The notes beneath the pieces were generated by a model, which saw nothing but the letters and a program-made list of their open reading frames with translations, did not search any database and was not told where the DNA came from. 64,000 bases of DNA from Spirochaetaceae bacterium UBA1318 (GTDB taxonomy: Bacteria > Spirochaetota > Spirochaetia > Treponematales > UBA1318), in assembly GCA_002307015.1 (NCBI GenBank), contig DBTK01000094.1:24449-88448 (forward strand), in the 5' to 3' direction. Shown here piece by piece: positions 18,717-27,721 of this stretch (position 1 is the stretch's first letter; every line of letters starts with the position of its first letter). Made by a program: the position numbers and the translations under genes.

Positions 18717-20304
18717 AATTGATGCTCAGGAAATGACGGTCGATGTATTTCATCCGGTCGTTCGCGGCGTTCCAGGTCTTTCCCTCCGGATACTCGTCCC
18801 TCACCTTCTTGTAGTACTCGTAGGCTTTTTTCACGTTCTTGATCGGGGTGTTCATCTCATAGATGGAGCCGTAGAGGTAGTAGACCTCGTCGCTTCCGAC
18901 GGGATAGAGCTTCACGTAGGTGTCGAGGGCGTTGAGCGCGGTCTGGAGCTGGTTCGCCGCGATGGCGTTCTTGGCCGCCGTGATGAGATTCTCGGGACTG
19001 TTCGGATCGCCCGATATCGGTTGCTGGGTCGAGCCCGCTGAGCCCTGGGGCGCCGCGCTCGAGGCCGAGGCGGGCGTGGTGGCCGCGGTCCCGGCGGGAC
19101 CGGCCGTTCCCCCAGCGGCCGGTGAGACAGTCCCTGCCGTTCCCCCAGCGGCCGGCGAGGCGTTCCCGGCCGTTCCCGAAGCCTGCGAGGAAGCCGAGCC
19201 GAAGGTCGAGGCTGAAGCCCCCTGAGCCGGGACGGACGACGAAGCCGGGGAACCGGGGAAGGCCGGGGCGGCACCCGGAGCCGTCGAACCGGCCTCTGTC
19301 GCTTGAGGCGCCGCGGCCGAACCTCCTCCTTGTGCCGTCGTGCCGGAGATGAGCCCTTGAGCCTTCGCGGCCGCGGCGTTTCCCGCGTCGGCCCCCGTAA
19401 GCCCGCCCGAGGTTCCGGTCCGCTTCGGGCCGATGACGGCCTGCACGACCTGGATGGTCATCGAGTCCCGGACGAGGTCCTGCTTCTGGAACCTCAGGTC
19501 GTAGCTCCCCTCCATCATGGGATTGAAGGTGAAGGAGGTCTTCTCGTTCGCCACGTCGCGGGAATCGTAGTAGGCCCCGTCCTTGGATTTCGCCTCGCCG
19601 AGGTAGATCCAGCCAGTGCCGTCGAAGCCGATCACGAGGGGTTCGCCGACGAAGCCGTTCACCGTCCTCGAGGGAAGGACCTCGTCAGGGGCCTGCTGGA
19701 GGGCCGGCACCGGGTCGAAGAGCTTCCTTGTCGGAGCGGGCTTCGGCTTCGCGGTTTCGGCCTTCGCCTTGTCGGCTGCGGGCTTTTTAGCCTCCGGGGT
19801 GGCAGGCTTCGCGGCCGGGGAAGGCTTCGCCACGGGTTTTTCCGTTTTGGCGGCGGGAGCCTGAGGCTTTTCGGCCGGTGCCGGTTTCTCGACGGGAGCC
19901 GTGGCCGCGGAGGCCGGGGGTTTTGCCGGGGCTTTGTCCGCTTCCGAGGCGGGAAGTGCGGGAACAGGAAAATCGGGCTTTTTGAGCGGGGTCGCCTGGG
20001 GAAGCGGGGGAATGTGGTCGACGACCGTCGCGAGAGGGGCTTCGACGGCGGGAACGGGCGCCTCGGTTTTCGGACCGGCGAGGGCGGCGGGAGGCGCCGG
20101 AGTGTCGGGCACCGTCACCACCGGCTTCTCGGCCTCCTGCGGAGCCGGAGGGGTTGCCGTTCCGGGAGCCTCCTTCGATGCAGCGGCGGGAAGGGCCTGG
20201 GCGGCGGGCTTCGCGGCGACTTCGGATTTCGGGGATGAGGCGCAGGCCGAGATGGCCAAACACAAGAATACCGCCGCCAGAATGCGGAACGGTCTTGCCT
20301 TCAT
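18715..20304 (-). CDS. lipoprotein with long Pro/Ala/Lys- and Ala/Gly/Ser-rich low-complexity regions and a C-terminal TPR/BamD-like helical domain
   Basis: ORF 18715..20355. ATG 20304 gives MKARPFRILAAVFLCLAISAC (lipobox AISAC). ATG 20355, which has an AGGGGG SD, is an alternative. Function unknown. Confidence 0.7.
   Translation of the reverse strand: MKARPFRILAAVFLCLAISACASSPKSEVAAKPAAQALPAAASKEAPGTATPPAPQEAEKPVVTVPDTPAPPAALAGPKTEAPVPAVEAPLATVVDHIPPLPQATPLKKPDFPVPALPASEADKAPAKPPASAATAPVEKPAPAEKPQAPAAKTEKPVAKPSPAAKPATPEAKKPAADKAKAETAKPKPAPTRKLFDPVPALQQAPDEVLPSRTVNGFVGEPLVIGFDGTGWIYLGEAKSKDGAYYDSRDVANEKTSFTFNPMMEGSYDLRFQKQDLVRDSMTIQVVQAVIGPKRTGTSGGLTGADAGNAAAAKAQGLISGTTAQGGGSAAAPQATEAGSTAPGAAPAFPGSPASSSVPAQGASASTFGSASSQASGTAGNASPAAGGTAGTVSPAAGGTAGPAGTAATTPASASSAAPQGSAGSTQQPISGDPNSPENLITAAKNAIAANQLQTALNALDTYVKLYPVGSDEVYYLYGSIYEMNTPIKNVKKAYEYYKKVRDEYPEGKTWNAANDRMKYIDRHFLSIN
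19103..19178. repeat. 33-nt imperfect tandem repeat inside the lipoprotein gene (about 2.3 copies)
   Basis: GCCGTTCCCCCAGCGGCCGG recurs at 19103 and 19136, with a partial copy at 19169. It encodes the reiterated SPAAGGTAG peptide. Confidence 0.8.
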
Positions 20305-20441
20305 GAAGGGGAATCCTGAAACGCCCGAACAAGGACGAAAAAAACGATCATTCACGAAAAGCCCCCTGACAGACGGCCCGAGTACGTGCGGGCGATGAAA
20401 ACCGGCTGAGGCTCATCCCTCGTTTGAATATCGGCAGAATC

Positions 20442-23400
20442 CTACCGATCCTTCGGCGTCTCGTCATCCGGATCGGCATCCTCATCCGAGGCGGCTTCGG
20501 AGACTGCGGCCTCCTCGGGGGCCTCGGGACCATCTTCCGTTTCGGAAGCGGCGTCCGACGGCTCGGAGACCCGCTCCGAATCCATCCGATGGGGGGACTC
20601 AGCTTCGGCGGCCGACTCCGGGTCGGACGCAGCGGCCGGCTCGGGCTCGGACTCGGGCGCAGGCTCGGACTCGGGCGCCGGCTCGGCGCCGGGAACCGTT
20701 TCGGCGACGGGCCGTGGACCACGCTCTATCCCGGCCTCGATGTCGAGTTCGGTGCCCGTCTCGTACTCGACGTCCTCCTCGGTGAAGGGCTCGCCGTCGG
20801 ATATCGGCGCCTGCTGCTGGAGCGGCTCGTTCTCGAGCTTGATGGTCACGACCTTGGTGATTCCGGATTCCTCCATGGTCACGCCGAGGAGGCTCCTCGC
20901 CCCGGTCACCGTCTTCTTGTTGTGGGTGATGACGATGAACTGGCTCTTCTGGCCGAACTCCCTCATGACCTGGACGAAGCGGAGGACGTTCTGCTCGTCC
21001 AGGGCCGCGTCGATCTCGTCGAGGAGGCAGAAGGGCGAGGGCTTGACCATGTAGGTCGCGAACAGGAGGCCGACGGCAGTCATCGCCTTTTCCCCTCCGG
21101 AAAGGAGGCTGATGTTCTCCAGGCGCTTTCCCGGCGGCTGGGCGTAGATCTCGATGCCCGACTCGAGCACGTGGTTGGGATCGACAAGGCGGAGCTCCGC
21201 CCTGCCGCCGCCGAAAAGCCGGCGGAACATGTTGTGGAAATTCTTCTTGATGCGGTTGTAGGTGGCGAGGAAGAGCTCGGTCGATTCGATCCGGATCTCC
21301 TGGGTGATCCGGTCGAGGTCCTCGCGGGCTTTTTCGAGGTCGGCGAGCTGGCTGGTCAGGAACTCGTAGCGCTGCTTCGCCTCGCCGTACTCCTCGGGGG
21401 CCATGAGGTTGACCGAGCCGAGGTCCTTGAGGTCGCCCTTGGATTTCGCGAGCCTCTCGCGGAGCTCGTGGGAGGAATCGGGGATCTCGAACATCCTCTC
21501 CTCGAATTCCATCAGGTCGCGCGAATGGGTGTCGGAGAAATTCTCGAGGATGTTCTTGATTTCGGTTTCCGTCTGGGCCTTGTCGAGGTGGAGCTTCTCG
21601 AGGACGGTCTGGAGCTTGCCGAGGTCGGCGATCCGCTTCTTGAGCGATTCCTGCTTGGAGGAGACGTCGGTGTTCCGCGAGGAGATGTCCTTCTCGAGCT
21701 TCTCGAGCTCCTGGGTGAGGACCCTGCCCTTCCGCTCGACCTCCATGAGCTCCTCGTCGATGTCGGCGAGCTGCTCCTTCATGTCCTCGAGGCTGCGGGT
21801 CTCGTTGTCGATCTCGTCTGAGATCTCCCTGAGGAGGGCCGTCTGGCCCAGGTGCTCGCGCTTGAGGCCCTTCACCGTTTCCTCGGCGGTGCTCTGCTGG
21901 CCCAGGAGGCGTTCGCGGCTGACGCGGAGGTCCTCGAGGGTCGCGCGGTACTCGTCGATCTTGGCGTTCAGGGTCCGGTTCTCGTCGGCCAGGGCCGCGA
22001 TGTCTGACCTAAGGGTGCCGGCCCTCGACTTCGCGTCGAGGAGGGAGGAATCGATCGCCCGCTTCTTCGTGATGATGCCCTCGGGCGAGAGGAACTCGTC
22101 GATGAAGGAGGGCGTCGATTTCTTGTATTCGGCGTACTCAGCCTCGATCTCGGAGACGAGGCGCTCGGCCTCGGCGAAGCCCTGGCCGACGGCGTCCAGG
22201 AAGGCGGCCCGGTCCGTTTCGCCGCGGTCCTTGACCGCCTTGTAATCCTCGACGATGCGGCGGCGCCCGGTGGCGAGAACGCGGAGCCCCCCGAGCCTCT
22301 CCTCGATGGCGGCCTCGTGGCCCTGGCGGGACTGGATGGTGTAGCCGGTCTCCCGGAGCCTGGCGTCGAGCTGGGCGACGATGTCGTCGGTGATCGCCTC
22401 GAGCTCCTCCTGGAGCCGGGAGGCCTCGCCGTCGCAGAGTATGGCGTCGCGGTCCTTCGCGGTCATCACCGACTCGTTTTCCCTGATCCGGGCCGAGGCG
22501 AGCTTGATGTTGTCCTCGAAGGAGGAGATGTTCTTCTCGACCTCCTCGATCCGCTTTTTCAGGGTCCTGACCCCGTCTTCCTTCTCGTCAATGTCCTCCT
22601 GGAGGACCTCGAGCTTTTCCTCGACGCCCTTGCGTCGGACCTCGTTGACGTCGATCTTGGACTTGATCTCGGATGAGCGTTCGAGTATGAGCTTCCGCTG
22701 CTTTTCCTTGCCGTTCTTCTCCACCGCCAGGCCGTAGATCGTCTTCTGGTGGTCGACGAGCTTCGCCTCCATGGAGTTGACGACGTCCATGTTCTCCTCG
22801 AGGCTCCGGTTGATGCCGTCGATCTCGTCCCTCGCCTTGTCGCGGGCGAGCTGGATCTTCTTAATGTCCTCGTCGCGGGCGTCGCGGTCCTCGCGGAAGG
22901 AGCGCAGCCTGAGCAGGGCGATGTCCCGCTCCAGGTCGAAGATGGAATCGCGGAGGCCGCGGTATTTCAGGGTCTTCTCGGCCTGGTTCTTGAGGGAATC
23001 GTGGGCCCTTCTCACCTCGTTCAGGATGGCCTGGACCTGGTGGACGTTCTCCTCGGTCTTCTCGAGCTTCCTCTCGGCCTCGGCTCCCTTGACCTTGAAG
23101 CGGGTGATGCCGGCCGCCTCCTCGAAGAGGTAGCGCCTCTCCTCGGGCTTCGAGGAGAGGATCTGGTCGATCTTTCCCTGTTCCATGACGGAATAGGCGG
23201 CCTTGCCGACCCCCGTATCCCAGAAGAGCTCCCGGACGTCCTTGAGCTTGACCGGGGCGCTGTTGATGAAGTACTCGCTCTCGCCCGAGCGGTAGAGGCG
23301 GCGGCGGAGGGTCACTTCGGGCATGTCGATGGGCAGGAGGCCTGCGTCGTTCGCGAGGGTGAGGGTGACCTCGGCGACGTTCAGCGGCTTCCGGTTTTCC

Positions 23401-23606
23401 GTGCCGTTGAAGATCACGTCCTCCATCTTTTCGGCGCGGAGGGTCTTCGTCGCCTGTTCGCCGAGCACCCACTTGATCGCGTCCACCACGTTGCTCTTTC
23501 CGCAGCCGTTCGGGCCGAGAAGGGCGGCGATCCCGTCCGAAAACTCGATCCTGGTCCTGTCTGCAAATGATTTGAATCCGAACAACTCAAGGCTTTTTAG
23601 GAACAC
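20442..23606 (-). CDS. smc: chromosome segregation protein SMC (with acidic C-terminal tail)
   Basis: GTG start after AGGAGAG. Walker A GPNGCGKSN, long coiled coils, signature LSGGEKAMTAV, Walker B FCLLDEIDAALD. An extra acidic tail of about 150 aa follows the head domain. Confidence 0.95.
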   Translation of the reverse strand: MFLKSLELFGFKSFADRTRIEFSDGIAALLGPNGCGKSNVVDAIKWVLGEQATKTLRAEKMEDVIFNGTENRKPLNVAEVTLTLANDAGLLPIDMPEVTLRRRLYRSGESEYFINSAPVKLKDVRELFWDTGVGKAAYSVMEQGKIDQILSSKPEERRYLFEEAAGITRFKVKGAEAERKLEKTEENVHQVQAILNEVRRAHDSLKNQAEKTLKYRGLRDSIFDLERDIALLRLRSFREDRDARDEDIKKIQLARDKARDEIDGINRSLEENMDVVNSMEAKLVDHQKTIYGLAVEKNGKEKQRKLILERSSEIKSKIDVNEVRRKGVEEKLEVLQEDIDEKEDGVRTLKKRIEEVEKNISSFEDNIKLASARIRENESVMTAKDRDAILCDGEASRLQEELEAITDDIVAQLDARLRETGYTIQSRQGHEAAIEERLGGLRVLATGRRRIVEDYKAVKDRGETDRAAFLDAVGQGFAEAERLVSEIEAEYAEYKKSTPSFIDEFLSPEGIITKKRAIDSSLLDAKSRAGTLRSDIAALADENRTLNAKIDEYRATLEDLRVSRERLLGQQSTAEETVKGLKREHLGQTALLREISDEIDNETRSLEDMKEQLADIDEELMEVERKGRVLTQELEKLEKDISSRNTDVSSKQESLKKRIADLGKLQTVLEKLHLDKAQTETEIKNILENFSDTHSRDLMEFEERMFEIPDSSHELRERLAKSKGDLKDLGSVNLMAPEEYGEAKQRYEFLTSQLADLEKAREDLDRITQEIRIESTELFLATYNRIKKNFHNMFRRLFGGGRAELRLVDPNHVLESGIEIYAQPPGKRLENISLLSGGEKAMTAVGLLFATYMVKPSPFCLLDEIDAALDEQNVLRFVQVMREFGQKSQFIVITHNKKTVTGARSLLGVTMEESGITKVVTIKLENEPLQQQAPISDGEPFTEEDVEYETGTELDIEAGIERGPRPVAETVPGAEPAPESEPAPESEPEPAAASDPESAAEAESPHRMDSERVSEPSDAASETEDGPEAPEEAAVSEAASDEDADPDDETPKDR

Positions 23607-23658
23607 GATCTCTCCTGGGCGCCGTCACGTGCTTGTTGTAATGACGAAATATCCGATT

Positions 23659-23688
23659 ACTGTAGCATTACGCGGCCCCCGCGGTCAA
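23659..23688 (-). promoter_or_regulatory. sigma70-like promoter of smc
   Basis: Minus strand TTGACC-18 nt-TACAGT. Leader of about 50 nt with AGGAGAG before GTG 23606. Confidence 0.4.
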
Positions 23689-23698
23689 GCAAAGCGGG

Positions 23699-23747
23699 CG
23701 ACCGGGACGGTTCGGGCACCGGAATGGTTCGGTCGCCGTCCCGGTCG
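23699..23747 (-). terminator. 12-bp perfect inverted repeat after korB (possible terminator/attenuator, no U-tract)
   Basis: CGACCGGGACGG (23699-23710) pairs with CCGTCCCGGTCG (23736-23747), with a 25-nt loop. It starts 3 nt after the korB stop. Confidence 0.3.
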
Positions 23748-23749
23748 GG

Positions 23750-24616
23750 TTACCGCTTCGCGAGGACGGCTTCCCTCACGCTTTCCATCGTGCGCCGCCT
23801 CTCCCTGAGCGGGGTCTTGGCATCGGCGTAGACGTGGAGGCTTTCCTCGAAGGAAGGGCGCTCCGAGCTCTCGTAGAGCACCCCGAGCGGGAAGGGCACC
23901 TCCTCGAGGGCCTTCGCGAAGGCCTGGGCCCTGTCGTCGCTCCGGTAGTCGGCGGGAAGGGGATAGGTGTTGGCCTTGAACCACTTGAAATCGTTCACCT
24001 TGTTGAAGGAAACGCAGGGCTGGAAGATGTCGACAAGGGCGAAGCCCTTGTGCCTGACGGCTCGTTTCATGATTTCCTTCGTGCCCTCGATGTCGCCCGA
24101 GAAGCACCTGGCGACGAAGCCCACGTTCATCGCGATGGCGAGGGCGACGGGATTCAGGGGACCGGCGGTGACCCCGAAGACCTGGACGGGGGTCTGGGTC
24201 CCCGGCCTCGTCGTCGGGGCGGCCTGGCCCTTGGTGAGGCCGTAGATCAGGTTCGAATGGACGAAGAGGGCGATGTCGGGATTCCGCCTCGCCGCATGGA
24301 GGAAATGGTTCCCCCCCTCGCCGTACATGTCGCCGTCCCCTCCCTCGGCTATGACGGTGAGGTCCGGTGCGACGGCCTTGATCGCCGTCGCGACGGGGAG
24401 GCCCCGGCCGTGGAGGCCGTTGAAAAAGCTCGAATTGATGTACTGGGGCATCTTGGCGGCCTGTCCGATTCCCGAAACCATGACGAGCTTCTCCCGTTCG
24501 ACGCCGAGCTCGTCGAGGGCCGCCATGAGGGATCGCCTGATGGCGAAGTCCCCGCATCCCGGGCACCAGGCGATATCGCGTTCTTCGCTGAAATCAAATT
24601 TGCTGGTAGTCATCAT
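23750..24616 (-). CDS. korB: 2-oxoacid:ferredoxin oxidoreductase beta (TPP-binding) subunit
   Basis: CPGCGDFAI near the N-terminus and TPP motif GGDGDMYGEGGNH. AAGGGGA SD. Follows the alpha subunit gene. Confidence 0.9.
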   Translation of the reverse strand: MMTTSKFDFSEERDIAWCPGCGDFAIRRSLMAALDELGVEREKLVMVSGIGQAAKMPQYINSSFFNGLHGRGLPVATAIKAVAPDLTVIAEGGDGDMYGEGGNHFLHAARRNPDIALFVHSNLIYGLTKGQAAPTTRPGTQTPVQVFGVTAGPLNPVALAIAMNVGFVARCFSGDIEGTKEIMKRAVRHKGFALVDIFQPCVSFNKVNDFKWFKANTYPLPADYRSDDRAQAFAKALEEVPFPLGVLYESSERPSFEESLHVYADAKTPLRERRRTMESVREAVLAKR

Positions 24617-24624
24617 TCATCCCC

Positions 24625-26313
24625 TTACAGGTACGCGGAGATCCGCTCCGCCAATTCCTCGACGGAAAACTGGTAGCCGTCGAACTTGAGCACGCGCTTG
24701 TCGATCCGGATCCCGGTCTCGAGCTGGAGGAGGTCAGCGAACTGGCCCGTCGCGTTCCCCTCGATGTCGACGATCGTGTCGGCCGCCTCGAGGTACTCCC
24801 GTACGCCCTCGGGCAGCGGGTAGACCCAGGGAAAGTGAAGGAAGGCGAGGTCGTTCCGCTCGAGCTTCGAGATCGCCTCGATGACGGGTCCCTTGACCGA
24901 TCCCCAGCCGACGAGCAGGACCCGGTAGTCCTTGTCACCGTAGAGCCGGGGCGGAATCACGTCCTCCTGGACCGCCGTGATCTTGGCGAGCCTCTTCCCG
25001 ACCATGTCTACCCTGACGGAGGCGTCCTCGGTGATGTAGCCCGCCTCGGTATGCTCGTCCGAATCGGCGCAGACGATGCCGTCCCCCCATCCCGGGATGC
25101 CCCGGGGGGAGAGCCCGTCCTGGCTTTTCAGGGCGTATCGCTTGTAGTCTTTGTCCGTCTTGACGACGTACCGGATCGGAGCCTCATCGGGCACCCTGAA
25201 GGCCGGGACGGTATAGTAGGAGTCGACGAAATACTGGTCGGTCAGGAGGAAGACGGGCGACTGGTAGTGGTCGGCTATGTCGAAGGCCGTTTTAGCGAGC
25301 TCGTAGCCCTCCTCCAGGTCGCCGGGGGCGAGGATCACGCGGAGGAAATCGCCATGGCCGGAATGGACGGCGAGGTTGAGGTCGGCCTGCTCGGTCCTCG
25401 TCGGAAGCCCGGTAGCCGGCCCCGGCCTCTGGGCGATGTGGACCACCATCGGGGTCTCGATGGCCCCGGCGAGGCTCACCGCCTCGGTCATCAGGGCGAA
25501 GCCCCCTCCCGAGGTCGTCGCCATGGCCCGCGCCCCGGCGTACCAGGCGCCGATCGTCATGTTGGCGACGCCGATCTCGTCCTCGACCTGTTCCACGAGG
25601 ATGTCGAACTTCTTCGAATACTCGGCCATCGTCTGAAGGACCGTCGTGCCGGGGGACATCGGGTAGGCGCACACGTAGTCGCAGCCCGCCGCGATGCTTC
25701 CCAGGGCCACTGCCTCGGCGCCGGTGAGCATCACCTCGTCCTTCACCGCCGGATCGGTGCCGATGGCGACCTCGACCTCGCTCCGGAGCGCCTTTCCCCG
25801 CTCGTAGCCGGCGAGGAAGGCCTTGCCGTTCCTTTCCTGGACCTCTTCGCCCTTCCTGGCGAAAAAAGCCCTAACGTAGCCGGCCGAACCCTGCTCGTCC
25901 ATGCCCAGGAGGGCGCAGATCGTCCCGACGGCGACGGTGTTCGAGTAGATCGCGCTCCCGATCGCCGTCGCGATCTCGGTGAAGGGCACGTCTATCATCC
26001 GGCCGTAGCCGATGGTCCCCTTCTCGCCGACCACGACCGTCGATTCCGTGATCCTGGACTCCAGATGGGGAATCGACTCGGGCGTAAGCGGAACGAGGAG
26101 ATCGATCCGATCGACCCGGGCCGAGACCGGGGTCGAGGAGATCCGTATCTCGGTGCTGTTGCACCCTCCCCTCACGCGGGACATGTACTCCTTGGTGGCG
26201 AAAACATGGTAGGAGGCCCGTTTCGCGAGGGAGGTCAGCATCGATTCGATCGATTGGATGCCCTGCCCCGCCTCGCCCGCGAGCACGATGGCTATATCGT
26301 CAACAATCTTCAT
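24625..26313 (-). CDS. korA: 2-oxoacid:ferredoxin oxidoreductase alpha subunit (fused gamma-alpha type)
   Basis: ORF 24625..26415. Start at ATG 26313 (GAGGTG SD) gives MKIVDDIAIVLAGEAGQGIQS. Pyruvate/2-oxoglutarate:ferredoxin oxidoreductase core sequence throughout. Confidence 0.9.
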   Translation of the reverse strand: MKIVDDIAIVLAGEAGQGIQSIESMLTSLAKRASYHVFATKEYMSRVRGGCNSTEIRISSTPVSARVDRIDLLVPLTPESIPHLESRITESTVVVGEKGTIGYGRMIDVPFTEIATAIGSAIYSNTVAVGTICALLGMDEQGSAGYVRAFFARKGEEVQERNGKAFLAGYERGKALRSEVEVAIGTDPAVKDEVMLTGAEAVALGSIAAGCDYVCAYPMSPGTTVLQTMAEYSKKFDILVEQVEDEIGVANMTIGAWYAGARAMATTSGGGFALMTEAVSLAGAIETPMVVHIAQRPGPATGLPTRTEQADLNLAVHSGHGDFLRVILAPGDLEEGYELAKTAFDIADHYQSPVFLLTDQYFVDSYYTVPAFRVPDEAPIRYVVKTDKDYKRYALKSQDGLSPRGIPGWGDGIVCADSDEHTEAGYITEDASVRVDMVGKRLAKITAVQEDVIPPRLYGDKDYRVLLVGWGSVKGPVIEAISKLERNDLAFLHFPWVYPLPEGVREYLEAADTIVDIEGNATGQFADLLQLETGIRIDKRVLKFDGYQFSVEELAERISAYL

Positions 26314-26421
26314 GAAACACCTCGATCGATCCTTCGCCGGTACCGGTCGCACCGCTGCCGGACTCCGAAGGTTCAAATACAAATTTATACAATTCGGATA
26401 GCGGGTCAACTGCAAAGAGCA

Positions 26422-27588
26422 TTAAAAGTAGAAGACGAGCTTTATGACGGTAAGGTCGCGTTCCTTGATCTGGGTGACGAGGGATTCGAATTTCACGTTG
26501 ACCTTTTCGCAGGCCTCGCTGAGGTAGGAAAGGTAGTAGAGGCCGAGCTCGGTATTGGCCTCGCCGTCCGGAATTTCCTTGTAGAAATCCATCAGGGTCC
26601 GCTTCTTGAGGTCGGCGGCCTTTCTCTCCTCGATGATGGCCTTCGATTCCTTGTAGTTCGATTCCTTGTTGTACAGGGTGATCTGGAGCCGCCCCTGGGT
26701 GCCGATCGATCCGCTTTTGCCGCCGATCCTCCAGGAAAGGTAGACGAGTTCGCCCTTCTTCTCCAGTTCGTCGCTCAGTTTTTTCCGGATGTTCGGGTCG
26801 AAGAGGGCCGAATTGAGATCGAGGCTCCCGCGGTAGAGCTCCTGGGCTTCGTGCCTGAGGTTCGTGTTTTCGGCGTTGATGGCCAGTTCCATGATCATCA
26901 GCGAGATGTACTCGGCGATCTTCGCCTTTTCCATGTACTCGTTGAGGGCGAGACGGATCGACCTGACCATGGTGTCGTAGCCCTCTGCCCCCCGGAACTT
27001 GGTCATGATGAACCAGACGAAGGGGCGGAGGTTCGTGAGAAATTTTTCGCTCAGGAGGAGCTGGATGTTCTTCTCGTCCGGGAGAAGGGTGGAGCTCTTG
27101 CTGATATAGGAGTAGAGCGGCGCGAGGATGTGGGTCTTGATCTCCGAAATCGCCTTCTGGTTGTCCTTGAGGAGGCCTTCGATGAAGGATTCCTTGAACC
27201 GTGTTTTCTCGTCGATGATCGTCCCTGGGTTCGCCCGGTTCCACCTTTTGATGACGTCGGAGCCGAGGATGTGGCTGAAAATGGCCACGTCGTACTGCCG
27301 GTAGAGCATGCCGTAGACGATCAGCTTGGAAAGATCCATGACCTCGGACCGGCTCGACATGAACTCGCTCTTCGATATCTCGAACTTCGATATGTAATCG
27401 ATGAGAACCATCCGCTGGACCGACGAAGCTGAAAAGTTGTCGAAGGCGAGGCCGTACTCCTCGACGTTGTCGGCGAGCTTGAACCGGTTCAGTTTCTTGT
27501 TATTCTTGATGAAGAAAGAGGATCCTTCCTCGGTCAGGACGAGCTTCAAAGGCAGAGCGATGATGTTTTTTCTTCCCTGAACCGTCAT
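26422..27588 (-). CDS. hypothetical protein, C-terminal half weakly GHKL/HATPase-like
   Basis: ORF 26422..27597. The first ATG (27597) lies inside a TGATATAAT extended -10 box, so ATG 27588 is preferred. K/N/I/F/Y-rich and visibly less GC-rich than its neighbours. MELAINAENTN resembles a GHKL N-box, but no DxGxG motif is present. Confidence 0.7.
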   Translation of the reverse strand: MTVQGRKNIIALPLKLVLTEEGSSFFIKNNKKLNRFKLADNVEEYGLAFDNFSASSVQRMVLIDYISKFEISKSEFMSSRSEVMDLSKLIVYGMLYRQYDVAIFSHILGSDVIKRWNRANPGTIIDEKTRFKESFIEGLLKDNQKAISEIKTHILAPLYSYISKSSTLLPDEKNIQLLLSEKFLTNLRPFVWFIMTKFRGAEGYDTMVRSIRLALNEYMEKAKIAEYISLMIMELAINAENTNLRHEAQELYRGSLDLNSALFDPNIRKKLSDELEKKGELVYLSWRIGGKSGSIGTQGRLQITLYNKESNYKESKAIIEERKAADLKKRTLMDFYKEIPDGEANTELGLYYLSYLSEACEKVNVKFESLVTQIKERDLTVIKLVFYF

Positions 27589-27595
27589 GGACCGC

Positions 27596-27625
27596 ATTAT
27601 ATCAATATTTCCAGCAACAATACAA
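27596..27625 (-). promoter_or_regulatory. extended -10 promoter abutting the start of the 391-aa hypothetical gene (leaderless-type)
   Basis: Minus strand TTGTAT-18 nt-(TGa)TATAAT, then GCGGTCC (7 nt) before ATG 27588. Confidence 0.45.
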
Positions 27626-27655
27626 CATTATCGCGAAACAGAATGCCGTAACGTG

Positions 27656-27685
27656 ACAACAACCCCGTAGCCGCGGGGTTGTTGT
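27656..27685. promoter_or_regulatory. perfect 12-bp inverted repeat in a divergent promoter region
   Basis: ACAACAACCCCG-tagccg-CGGGGTTGTTGT. The right arm touches the TTGACT -35 box of the + strand gene. Confidence 0.4.
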
Positions 27686-27713
27686 TGACTAAAATCCCCG
27701 TATTTCCTAAGCT
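27685..27713 (+). promoter_or_regulatory. sigma70-like promoter abutting the GTG start of the M28-like membrane protein gene
   Basis: TTGACT-17 nt-TAAGCT, then 8 nt (TCCCTATA, no SD) before GTG 27722. Confidence 0.35.
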
Positions 27714-27721
27714 TCCCTATA

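Noticed and set aside
20424-21821. 465-aa + strand ORF (with others at 21403..22245 and 22749..23570)
   Set aside because: These are antisense to smc and are mirror images of its repetitive coiled-coil codons.
24835-27432. 865-aa + strand ORF
   Set aside because: It lies opposite korA and the 391-aa hypothetical gene. It is R/G/D/H/P/L-rich with no motifs, whereas the minus-strand genes have TPP/oxidoreductase signatures. Shadow ORF.
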